DNA of 64,000 nt from Dipteris shenzhenensis (taxonomy: Eukaryota), in the NCBI GenBank assembly GCA_047967505.1, contig CM106538.1; one strand, 5' to 3'. Below are positions 51,854 to 64,000 of the stretch, piece after piece. Numbering within the stretch: position 1 is the stretch's first letter; every line of letters starts with the position of its first letter. Position numbers and translations under genes: made by a program. The notes below the pieces were generated by a model. That model was given only the letters and a program-made list of their open reading frames with translations, made no database searches and was not told the DNA's origin.

Positions 51854-53284
51854 CTTGGCGGTCATGTCGAGCACAGCTTCTGGATCTGCACGAATGAACT
51901 TCAATGCAAACTCTAAGAAGTTGACAACAAGGGACGTATAGAAGGGATAGTTCCTTGTCACATAACCCTGCCACCTAGCAGAGTATGAAGTCTCATCAAA
52001 ATGCTTAAGCTCAGTACAAGTTCCTGATTTACCCTCTGGATGGGAACCCCAAGGCTGTAGATAATCCAACCACACATCCATTACGTGACAAGCTTGCCTT
52101 ACAGGAGTTCCAGTGGGCCAAGAAAGAAATGCACCACGGATGAACTTGTACAGTGGTCTCTGCAATATTCGAAGATCCAAAGTGAAATCAGCATCTGTGC
52201 CAACTGGAAGCGGAGAGAAAAATGCTGGAGCTCCGACATAAGATTGGATGCTTAAACCCTTATTAAATGTCACTACAGCCTCAGAATTGGACTCAGTATA
52301 CTGATCTTGGAGCGAAGCCTTAAAAAGGCTGTTGACATGATTAATAACCAATCTCAGTGCATCACAAAGCTCCATACCAGGAGGCACATATCCTGCACCA
52401 ACACCTCCCAACCGAGAAAGTCCCAAAGATTGATGCACAGGCCATGGTTCATCGTTCATCAGCCAAAACTCCACAAATGTGAACAGTAGAAATTCTCCTC
52501 TTGTAATGTCTGAGCTCCTGGGAACCTGAAGCATGTGGAATCTGTTGCTTGTAACATGAGAAGCCTGGATGAAATGCATAAGATACAGATGCAAAAGCTG
52601 CAGATACAAATCATGCCGAGATGCACTAGCCCCATGGTGGAAAGGATAATGCAGACCTGAAACCCAGTGGCCTAAGGATTTTATTTGACTGGGCTTGGAG
52701 TTAGAGCGGGTCCTCTTCGTAGAGCCTAACCCCTGCCCAAAACCATTGTCCTTGCAGACTGCATAATAAGCAAACCAGAACATGTAATACTCAAAAAGAT
52801 CAAGTTGCAGCTGCACACTTCCTCCCGCATCAAACCTAATTCGGTTCTTGAACAAGTCAGAAACTTGAGAACTGACAAAAGGTCCTTTATCGAGAAACAA
52901 CAACATGCGGACCCGATATGGCAGCCTTTCACTGGGAAACACAAATTGCACTGCATTCTCTCTGTCGACTGCAAGGAGAGAGGCAAATAGGGCGCCGGTG
53001 GGGGACAAAAGCGACAAGAGGGCTTTCCCAGCAGCCTCATTCCCGGTGGAAGAAGCCCCGGAAAGCCAACCACCAGGGGAGGAGGATTCTTGGAAGCCGA
53101 AGATTCTTTGGAGCAAGACGGGGAAGCAAAGACGGAAGAAGTCGAGAGCAGCCTCGGGGGGTTGATGGAGAAGCAAGGACTCAACGGCACGGCAGGCAGA
53201 GAGGATGTCATCTGAGCAGGAGAGGAGGAAAGAGCGGAGGCTTTGGGCATCCATGGGGGGAGGGGAAGGACGAGGCGAGGGCAT
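51854..53284 (-). CDS. SMPD4: SMPD4-like, exon 1
   Basis: 477 codons from ATG 53284 (alternative ATG 53254): FPVLLQRIFGF, FVFPSERLP, FEYYMFWFAYY, LQRPLYKFI, WLDYLQPW; donor AAG|GTATGA; full model ~776 aa. Confidence 0.92.
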
Positions 53285-54358
53285 AGCTGAAGGCTGAAGG
53301 CTGAAGGAGAGAGATGGGCGAAGTGGGTTGTGGGCAAAGAGGAATCTGGAGCTTGGATTCAGCACGACAACCAAAAATCAGTAACGATTGAAGTACTTTC
53401 GAGGTGCAAATTCCGAGCTTTGGAAGCTGGCAATGGATCAGTGCTGCCCAGAACGATGGGAATGCGTGTATGTATCCGAGAATGTGATGAAGATGAGGAT
53501 GACAACGAAAGCCATGGTGTAGGTTTTCATTTCAGTGATGGAGCTTGCCGCCACTCTCTCAGCATGTTGGCGGGCTCTCGCACGTAAAATTGAATTATCG
53601 CATAAACAACTCGCGAACGCTTTCTCCACCGTCGCCATCTTCTATAATCGACATCCACACTGCTCACTACGTACAACGTTTATCTGCGTCCATTTCTCTC
53701 CATCGCAAAGCCTTTAAGGATGGCTTCTTTCTCTCGATTTTCGAACGAACTGTACCCCTACCGCTTCATGAACCTGACAAACCGGCCGCGCATGCTCCTC
53801 TCTCTACGGTTTCCACCAACTTCCACTCATCTCTTTTGAGTTTGATGCAGCCTTTTAGCCCCTCTCGCGCGCCGCCCCGCGCCGGCCTCTGTCTCTCTCC
53901 CCCTCTCTCTAGCGCACTCAGAAAGCATCTCTGTCGTTCTCAACTCAACAGCAATGCAAATTTGCTTGCATGCATTTCTTTGCTCCTCCGTGTCTCCCTC
54001 GATTCCGCCTGTCACCTTACCTTCGGGCATTCAATCTCTGCCGTCATCGCGTTACCAATGACAAGACGCAGAACCTCGCCAGCGCGCGAACTTTTAATGT
54101 TTTTGGATATTAATGGCGATGCGCAAAGCGCATTTTCGGTAGACGGTGCAGAGAGAGCGACACGAAAAGCGTGCACACGTACACTCCGCCCGTCCTCTAT
54201 TCCGCAAGGTATTGAAAAGAACTAACGATTTCAGGAAATTTCTGCGTCTAAATTCCAAGGAACTACGAAGCAGCAATTACTGTAACAAAGATCACCCATG
54301 GAGCTGCGAGCTCCCAACCAAGTGAAAGAAAAGGGCGGGGAAGGGATGTACGGCGCGT

Positions 54359-54407
54359 GGCGACACGTGGAAGGCTTCCAGAAGCAAGCCCACTGCCACG
54401 TGTCACC
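54359..54407. promoter_or_regulatory. Inverted pair of ABRE/G-box elements upstream of SMPD4
   Basis: GACACGTGG (54362-54370) and CCACGTGTC (54396-54404) in a CpG-rich region. Confidence 0.45.
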
Positions 54408-55035
54408 TTAGAGGCTACACATGGCATTTATTTAAATATTTTTTACTTACCCAAACATTTTCATCACATGCAATTCCTTCCCAATTTCCAAACCCCCCCT
54501 AGCTCCCCTCAGCCCTCAGAGAGCAATCGGAACTGGTGTGGAGACTTTCACATGCGCTACATTGCCATTGGTTTTGCTTTCTACTGCCATCTGCTACACT
54601 CAGAAAGAGACGCCCCTCCTCTCCACTACGGGCCCAAATGCCAGAACTACTAATGGACGCAGTCGCCTCCTCTCTAAAATGGGTTCGATTACACAAACGA
54701 GTGCATGAATTGCCCAACACCTCTCAAAAATAAAGGTTTACAAACTTAGCACACCATGGGCACACGGACAGATCATGGATGAGCAAGATTGCACACCCAC
54801 GTCCAACCCACGACCCAGATGCATTCAATGCACCATGGGTAGGCATGGGTGGACAATCTGTAAACACCCTAAGGGTGCATTAACACTTGTGAGCACCCCT
54901 TGGGGTTACGAAGAGAGAGAGAGAGAGAGAGTTATATTTGACCAAAATTGGTTGGAATTCACATTAAGCAGCTTTGTGTTTTAGGAGTCTTTTTGTACAA
55001 ATTATATATTTTTTACACCTAGTATGCAATAAGCC

Positions 55036-55040
<5 letters not shown>

Positions 55041-55076
<36 letters not shown>
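55041..55076. repeat. (CT)n microsatellite; an (AG)n tract lies at 54912-54930
   Basis: Direct observation. Confidence 0.95.
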
Positions 55077-55081
<5 letters not shown>

Positions 55082-56379
55082 CACACAACTCCAATCTTGC
55101 TTTTTCTTTTGATTTTTTATTGCAAACTATGTACATGCTAGCACTCTAAAGCACATTTTTTGGATTTTTTCAATCCTTGACTTTCTATGTATTTTAGAAG
55201 TTGGCACAAGGAAACGAGGAGTGTGAGCTTCACCGTGAGATCATATGTGTCCCTCAGAAACCATTCCAACCCTTAACGAAAAATGTTTACAATAGAGCTC
55301 ACCATGATGCAAATATATTGATAATGGTGAAAGAAGGCAAATGTCATCACTATAAGCTCTAGGATTAAGAAGTTGCATTTGTAAGGAGGACATTATAAAG
55401 GGCATATTGAGATTGATTGTTCCCATCCACACAATATATGTCGACTTTCAAAAATGGGGCTCAATAATACTTTGTGTTTTTTACATATGAGCATTCCAAA
55501 TAGAGAATTGACTCCCCCTTTAAAAAATCATTTCATTAACAAAAGGCGTATAGTGTAAATAGAGTGGAGAGTTGAGAGGAAGTTTGCTTTTGTATTTTGG
55601 TCCTTCCCTTTCCTTGATGGGCCTACCTTAAAGTGTGAATTGTTGAATAATGTATGCACAAGGGAAATCCCAAGTCTTGTTCATTCATTGGCATTCAAAG
55701 GAAAGCAAACTAAACAACCCCAGCTAGTGAATTGTCAAATTCAAACAAAGGAAAAATGGAATGAGTGTAGTAGAAGGAGATGAATACTCGCCACATGTGT
55801 AGTCATCTTTTCCAAGAAAGAAACAAGCTATAGATGAAGCAATATTTGAGGATAATTCTAAAAGAGGATGGTTGTACATGATGAAGGCCGCGATGGTCGT
55901 ATCTGAGGGAAATTCTAAATAAGGATAAACTTTTTTCAATGGGAGCATACCAATAAAAAGGTTTTTCAATCTTCTTATGTTTTCAATGAATACTTTATTG
56001 ATATGCATTTTAGTATATATTGGGAGCAAGGAGCAAGATATCAAAGATTGAAGTCCTCTTTTTGAATCTTCTTGTGTTTTCAATGAATGCTACTGATACG
56101 CATTTTAGTATATATTGGGAGCAAGGAGCGATATATCAAAGATTGAATCCCTCGTTTTGCATTTTAGTGACTCATCAATCAATTCTTCTTTTAATTATTT
56201 GCAAAATTGGAAGCAATTGGATAACAATTTGCAAAAACTATTGCATGTGTACTGCAAGAGTCATAATAACAAGGCATTTTCATTGTGAATAGTAAACATG
56301 ATTCTAGTTTATATGGCACTTTTTCACGTTCTTTGAACCAGGTTTAGTCTACAAACATATAATGAGAAGGCAATGTGGA

Positions 56380-57500
56380 AAGATGTGGAAAGAGAGGGAT
56401 GAAGTGGAAAAATGTTGAAAGAGAGGGAAAAGATGCAGAAAAGAGAGGTAAGCGAAGGGGGGCAATGCAAAAAAGAGAGGGAAATATGTGGAAAGAGACT
56501 ATAGCAAATGTGGAAAAGAGAGGGAAAGATGTGGAAAACAAAAGGGGAAAGAGAAGGAATGAAGGGAAAAGAGAGGTTCCAAGAGAGGGAATGAAGGGAA
56601 AAGAGAGGAGAAAAGAGATGGAAAGATGTGGAAAGAGGGGAGAAAAGAGAAGGGATGAAGGGAAAAGAGAGATGGAAACATGCAGAAAGGAGCTGGAAAA
56701 GAGAGGGGAAAATGGAGGGAGAGAGAGGGGATGAAGGGAAAAGAGAACAAAAGAGAAGGGAAAAGAGAGCAAATGAGAGGGCAACAGATAAAAGAGGGGG
56801 AATGAAGGGAAAAGAGAGCAAAAGATAGGGGATGAAGGAAAAGAGGGAAAAAGAGAGTAAAGGAAGAAAAAGAGATAAAAGAGAGGGGATGAAGGGAAAG
56901 GTGAAAAAAAGAGAGGGGAAAAGAGAGCAAATGAGCGGGCAAGAGATAAAAGAGCGGGAATGAACGGGGAAAAGAGACAGAACAAAGGGGAAAGAGAGGT
57001 TCCAAGAGAGGAGATGAAGGGAAAACAGAGGGGAAAACAAAGGGAAAGATGCGGAAAGAGAGGCGATGAAGGGAAAATAGAGAAAAGGAGAAGGAAAGAT
57101 GCAAAAAGGAGGCAAAAGAGAGAGGGGAAAATGGAGGGAGAGAGAGAGGGGATGAAGGGAAAAGAGAGGGGAGAACAAAGATGCGGAAAGAGAGGAATGA
57201 AGGGAAAAGAGAGAAAGAGAGAGGAAAATATGCGTGGGGAAAAGGGAGGGAGAGAGAGAGGGGATGAAGGCAAAAGAGAGCAAATGAGAGGGCAAGAGAT
57301 AAAAGAGAGGGAATGAAAGGGATGAAGGGAAAAGAGAGAAAAAGAGTAGGGAAACCAGAGAAAAAGAGAAGGGAAATGAGAGAAAAAGATGCTGAAAGAT
57401 AGGGAACAAGAAAGGGAAAGAAGGGAATATAGAGGGGACAAGAAAGGGAGGTGAAGGGGGGAAAAGAGGGGAAAAGAGGTTAAAGGAGAGAGAGAGGAGA
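56380..57500. repeat. Purine-rich (GA) degenerate minisatellite
   Basis: Recurrent gggatgaagggaaaagagag and aagatgtggaaaaga units; higher-order match gagaggttccaagagag at ~56571 and ~56994. Confidence 0.9.
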
Positions 57501-60479
57501 TGAAAATCCCACGCTCATCTCCTTTGCTGACGCTTAAGGCATTACAAATGGTCAATACAAAACACAACATCAACAAAAAGGGGAGGAAGAGAAGAGTTTC
57601 TTACTTGGAGATCGTTCTATCGTGAAAAATGAGAGATTAGGATACAAAGTAAAAGAGAAACAACAAAGCAAGAGGTATTCTTCTTTTTGCTTCAAATTGG
57701 AAGATGGGCATCATGTTTCTCATAAATCTTATTTTTTCTTTGATGGATGCTAAAAGCTAGAGGGAAACATCACAAAAAAACGAAATCTAACACTTAGAAT
57801 ACAAAGTGGGATGAAAGAAGCACATACCTTGAAAGAACTTGGTGGAGAGAAAACAAGATAGAGAGGGAGATTTATGGAGAGGTAGCAAGGTTTATCTTAT
57901 TCTTTCAATTGTATATGAATGAACGTTTAACAAAAAATAATTGTCACACTTGCATTGTGAAAGAATGCGATATTTAGCCTCAATCTTGGTGCTTTTCTTT
58001 CTCTTTGTGATGAGCATGTTTTTTGCCCACTTTGGGTGTTTTATTTCTCACTCGTTTCTCATGCCTTGCATGATGCGCTTCTGCCACCATGAGCTTTTAT
58101 CTAGAGTCTGATTCTTTTCCTTATGCATGCTAACAAATAAAAGCAAATGCATATGCATCTAAAGAAATGAACACATTTGAAAAATTATCATTCTTCCACC
58201 TATTAAGAAGTTGTCATATTTATGCCACAACCTCTTCTGAAACCAAACCCCTTATCTGTGAATATCAAGAAATCACTCAGTAAAACCGGATAATCGGGGC
58301 AATATACCTCTAGACCCCCAATTCTCTGTGCGTCACAAAGAAAAAGCGGATGCCTGAGGTTTCAGAGTGGTTGGGGCTTCACAGCGATTGCCTTTTAAAT
58401 AACATTGAAAGACTCTTAAATTTAAAAATAATGGTTTTTAAAATATAGCATGAGAACAATATAGGCATGGGATTTTTTAATTAAAGCATCATATTTATAA
58501 TGTAAAGCATGGGATGTATAACTTAGAGCATCTTATGTATAGATTAAATCATGATACATATAAATTAAATCTTGCTATGTATGGATTAAAGTGTGGGACT
58601 TCTAAAACATGGCACACAAAGTAGAAATTTGAATTTGAAGGGATGCAATTAGATCTAACAAAATACTGAAGTTCAAAATATACAATAAATATTCAAATTA
58701 CTAATCATGGTTTATATCCAAGAAATGTCATGTTGTCCAATACATTGCAAGGTACAAGGTATGTTCAACCATGTATAGGTGTAAGTCCTTTGTTGGGATT
58801 CAAGTTAGTTTTGTTAGGAAGCTAAACTTTTATATTGGGATCAAAAGTTTGTATGCCCTAATAAAAATTAGTGTTTGAAACATTCGTCAGGATTTGAAAC
58901 TTTTGTGCAAAAAATTTTAAATTTTCGCCAAGATTTACATTTTTTCCTTAAAAATTCAAAAGAAAAAATAATAAAAGGTACTACATTCTACCAATATTGT
59001 GAAACTTAAAAAATTAGCTTGAAAACTTTCACGAAGATTCTATATTAATATATAAGCATAGCTTCAGTAAAAACATCCCTGGTTGCAAAACTCTGATGTT
59101 GCAGGATGATGGCTTGCCTCTTTTAACTTTCCATCTAGTGCTAGTTGTTGTAGCCTAATAGAGCTTATGCAAGACTGGTATAAGTAGATGGTACACATGT
59201 CCATTAGTATTCAATGTGAGGGGACATTGCATACACATTTTGAGCACCTAAAAATGGTGTTGTGCCATGCACAAGCACCCAAGTGCCATGTAACAAAATC
59301 TTTGATGGAATGTCTACACAGTGGTGGGACAATTGCTCTTTAAAATGGATTATTTTCTCATCGGTGTCATCATTCCCCAATCACAAATGCCCAAGTATAA
59401 CAGTTTGGTTAACTTGGAGAAATGTAACATGATATTCTATGCACGTTGGTGCAAGTAGTAAACACAAGCGCACTTAGAATGTCCAAAACGTTGACATATA
59501 TGTGGAATTCTTAAGTGTTGGGCCTGAATGTCCAAACTAACTGCCGACTTGAAACTAGTAAGTACACATGATGCAACAAAAAGTCATAGTTGCATCACAC
59601 AATCCAAGTTAGGATAGAGTGTCAAATGATACAAAGAATTTTGAATACATAAAGCATTTATAACACTACACTATCTAGAATGGTATAATTGTTAAGTACA
59701 ACCATGACGAAGCTACAACATAGAATTTGAATTGGATTCAGCATGTAAACATCCTCACAGTTTCATAAGCCTAAACTACAACACAATATGCCAAAATAAG
59801 TTCAGCGTTAGCCTAAGTCTTAAACAACTAAAAATCTAAAAAAATATAAAGTTTAACTTAGATTATAATACACAACTCTCAAGAGAGATGAGTTCCAGCC
59901 TAGGTCTTTAAAACTTAAAATAGAACTATGCAAACACATTTAGAATTTAACTTCGGCTATAATACATGACTCTCGGTATCAAAAAGTTTAAACATTTAAA
60001 AATTGCACAAGTCCAGCTAAAATTTAACTCATATTGCACTACACAACTCTTGAGACAAATGAGTGCCAGTCTTAGATGGAAAAAAAGGCAAAAAAATAAT
60101 ACAAACTCACCTAAGAAAGTGAAGTGGGAACTATGAGGAAAGACATGTAGGAAACCACGAGGGAGGGCATGTATCTAGGCTCAAGATCTATGCAAGCTTG
60201 AAGAAGTGACAACTAAGAGGAAGGGCATGTACGAATAATGAGGGAGGGCATGTCAAGATAGAGTGGAATAGCATTGTTTATCGCCTAATTAGGTAGAGAC
60301 ATGGATTCGATTACGTGGATCTACATACCTGAGACATGGCACAAGAAGTCATTGACATGAAAGTCAAAACATAAGCAAACATTACTAGCATAAAGAAATT
60401 TTGGTGCATGATTTGTAATATACCTAAGCATGGTTCCCCATATGTCTTGAAATGATCGACAAAAAGAGTTTGCCATGCA

Positions 60480-62200
60480 TATTTGGTCTTGAATGCTTTC
60501 ACCATGGTGCTATCCTATTCCACTCTCTCTCGGACTCCCTTCCCTATACCCCCTTGACGTTCATGATCTCTCCTAGATCCTTGAGCATGGCATCCCTAGT
60601 CGACTAGTCTTGAACCTTAAGCATGCGGTGCTTTAGCCAGCACCCATGTACATGCCATAAGATGGGGATACCAAAAACATCCTTGCACATGCCAAGCCCA
60701 AACCAATGCAATTAGGTGGCATGGACAAAAAAAGAGTGAAAGGAAAAAGATCCATTGGTAGCACTTCTTTTATTCTCTCCACCATCAATCAACAAAGAAG
60801 GATTTGGACCCATTCTATATCCTTCAACTCTGGTACTGCACCATACACCATGAAGGCGTTTTCTTTTCCAAGAGCAGTCATGGTCGATATCCCTAAAGGT
60901 TTTCAGGTAGAAAACCATGTCCTTATTAGTGCAAGGGGAGGTTATCACCCAAGCCATGGGAATGCCATTACAATGGGCATTGAACACAAAGAATGCACCT
61001 AGATCATCTAGAAATTCAAAAAACGTATGCTATATTTATTTGTTTTGAATGTAGCATCCATGGCTAAAAGGATAATGTTAGCCCACTAATTGAGCATGCT
61101 CATCAATTACCATGGTGTTTGAATGCCGAAAATTAAAGCATGGCCAAGTGCATCGTTTTGGTCTTGGAAAACAAATGCATGGTTTGAAGCTTGAGTTTCC
61201 CATAGCTGTAATGCTCTTCACATCATCTTTATGGTACTGAAAAGTATGTTGCAACCTTTGTGAGAACCTTAAGCATGTCTCTCAGTGTGAGAAAATCATC
61301 TCTTCCAAGAGAAATAGTAGGATTTTCATGCTTCTTGCTTTGCACCAAATCAGTATGCAAACTTGCTATTGTGTGCACCCCTCGACAAGTTGTAAAAGAA
61401 TTCAAACTTTATGGCGGCTGATGGCCAAGGAGCATAGACAGTGCTCCTCTTGGAGTCATCCTTGACATAAGAAACACTGTGGCAAATCTTATCATTCTTG
61501 TCCACAAGATTCATCTTTATGTATGTGATAGATGTCACATCATGCCATCCTTATAATCTCTAAAAGAGATGGACTTCCTATATGATCTAGCTATGGTAGG
61601 GCTCATAAGTGTGTTGGACGTGCCTTCTTTCTATAGGCAAGTGTCTCCTTCTTTCATGGGGGAGGCTATGGTTAAAGGACTCGACACACCATTATGTTTT
61701 TCTTGCGGCCCATAAGAACACCACTACCTAATGGAAACAAAGAGTATTGTGATTAGAAAGATAGCATGAAAGGACCTAGCCTATGCTCATGCTAGATGAC
61801 ACAATGGTGGAAGATTAATGCGCACTTGCATGGTGCAGGTCCATTTGCAAGACTCATTTGGCTCCTTGATGATAGTACCCTATTCTTTCTTTGCACTTGA
61901 TTGCTTCAAAAAGTTGGTGTTTATGCCTTCTATTTTGCTCTCCCCTTGAATAAAATCTCTCACCTCTCTTGTGGAATGTGAGCTCTCTTCTTTGTGCTTG
62001 ATTGCTTCACAAATGTGTTGTTTGTGCCCTCTATTTCTCTCTCACCGTAAATCAAATCTATCACCTCTCCCACATAATGTGATCTTTCTTCGCAACATGT
62101 GAAAATGGTTGCTTATTGTATCACAGCCTCCCATTGCATGATATCCTCAATGAATGGACCAACGAATGTAGGGTTTTGTAGCAAGATTTGGATCTCCCTT
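60480..62200 (-). mobile_element. Mutator-like (MULE) transposase pseudogene, plant SWIM-finger-protein-related clade
   Basis: LQNPTF...GERE (duplicated ~100 bp), WCSYGP, DKNDKICH...YAPW, FGIQTPW, LAMDATFKTNKY, NGIPMAWVI, VFGIPILWHVHGCW; many stops and frameshifts. Confidence 0.8.
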
Positions 62201-63008
62201 GCTCCAACAACCTGAGTGCAATCTTTGATGTAACTATAGAGACAAGGGAGGGGGTTTCCATCCAATAGTAAATATTTGAAATACTTCACTCATATAGCAA
62301 AAGGAAGCAAAGGTAACTTCCTTCTAACGCCAAATGAGACCAAGAAATTTTTTTGATAAAAATAAAATAAATCATTGAATGAATCAATTAGCAAAAATCA
62401 TCTATGTCAATTCACAGGTGCTACCAAAATTTCTTTTTCTTACCCTGTCTACACGCATGCATAGCCCTAGTGCATGTTGAAAGTCCCTTTGCCCATCAAG
62501 GAGACTCACCATTTGTAAACCTAATGCTTGCCTCTCATTCCCTTGCCCTCTATAGTCCCCACACTCCTCTAGAATGCCTGCCACATTGCTCTATATTAAA
62601 CCAAAAATTTTCTTACAAAGGTTCATTATCTTTGCAAATTGAGCTTGATGAGTGTGTCGCTTAAGCATCTATTTTTTATTGTGACTCCAATAACAAGGGA
62701 GGGATGTTGATGACACTTGTCTTCCGAACCAAAGTTAAAACTGGTTCTCACTATTTTGCTTGTTGGATAATGGCAGTAGGCAGACTCCCCTCTTCAATAA
62801 AAGTGATGCTTGCCAGGACTTATCCAAGCTTAACTTCCATATAGTTTCCACAAAGTCTTTTCTACAAAAGTGCCCACTGCTAGTTTCCTTTATAAATCAG
62901 GGTTTCACCGACTTGTACAAACTTTTCCATTAATTAGTCCTATTTCATTGTCTAGCTTTGCTCTTTTGTCTTTTCACTATGCAAAGGGGTGTTGTAAAGT
63001 CTTCACCA

Positions 63009-63460
<452 letters not shown>

Positions 63461-63767
63461 CAAAACTTGATACTAAATCTTATATATAAATGCCTTAATT
63501 TTTTCCCTTTGTATACTTATTTGCATTTTTTAATCCACACTTTGTATACATATTTTTTCATTTACCTAAAATGTTACAAATGTCACATTCAGCTAATTAA
63601 TTTGCAATTATTGAAAAAATATTAAATACAAATGAAAATAAAGAAACACAAATCTCATAATTTTGTTATTAAAAAAATGTTCAATTTAGTCAAACAAGAA
63701 GATTTTGATCATTGGTGTCATTATAAAAATTGCAACGAAATGTAACAACCACCAAATGTGAATCACT

Positions 63768-64000
63768 CTAGCTTGAAAGATGGATCAACCTTACAAGTTG
63801 CATGTCTTTGATCAACATAGTAACCCTTTTGGCATGGGCTATAGGAAAGTGTGTCCTCAAGAAGGGAGATCAGAGACAATTCACATGCCTCTTGCAACGT
63901 ATAAAGAGCCATGGATTGAATTTGGAGGCCATCTTTGAATTCCTCCATTATCTCCTTCATCAATAGAGTGGATGAAGCTCTCACAACAAAAGGCCCCATA
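63768..64000 (-). pseudogene. Divergent histone H3-fold gene (frameshifted), 5' part outside the window
   Basis: LMKEIMEEFKDGLQIQSMALYTLQEACELSLISLLEDT [2-nt deletion] IAHAKRVTMLIKDMQLVRLI aligns to H3 residues ~70-130. Confidence 0.9.

Noticed and set aside
53545-54225. 226-aa plus-strand ORF divergent from SMPD4
   Set aside because: No recognisable domain, non-ATG start, and it lies in a GC-rich promoter/leader where spurious ORFs are expected.
56324-57576. 361-aa and 410-aa F/S/L/P-rich ORFs
   Set aside because: Artefacts of a stop-poor pyrimidine-rich strand in a minisatellite.
63768-64000. Calling the histone gene CENH3 or a functional H3
   Set aside because: Loop 1 is not lengthened, T107 is retained, and a 2-nt deletion breaks the frame; the N-terminal tail is outside the window.

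Overview
Eukaryotic, repeat-dense land-plant genomic DNA; the repeat style and long TE-filled introns suggest a fern or other seed-free plant (inference only). Two intact minus-strand host genes are present: a 2-coding-exon BLOC-1 subunit 2 gene (BLOS2, 19570-20470) and a 4-exon SMPD4-like gene (40087-53284) whose 10.3-kb first intron holds a near full-length L1-type LINE. Most of the rest is nested, decayed L1 LINEs, Ty1/copia and Ty3/gypsy pieces, solo LTRs, a MITE-like element and microsatellites. The right end (~54.7-64 kb) is a decayed Mutator-like (MULE/SWIM-type) transposon region with a strongly divergent, frameshifted histone H3-fold gene co-oriented upstream of the transposase; this is the best candidate for a novel system (a transposon-borne H3 variant). 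Other notable items: a probable fossil NLR-type LRR gene upstream of BLOS2, an LTR-less gypsy gag-pol block inserted almost precisely into a LINE, a clean 1.6-kb inversion inside a gypsy element, CCCTAA repeats in copia LTR promoters, and a candidate poison exon in SMPD4. All protein-family calls come from motif recognition by eye; no searches were run, and TE boundaries are approximate unless termini are quoted.
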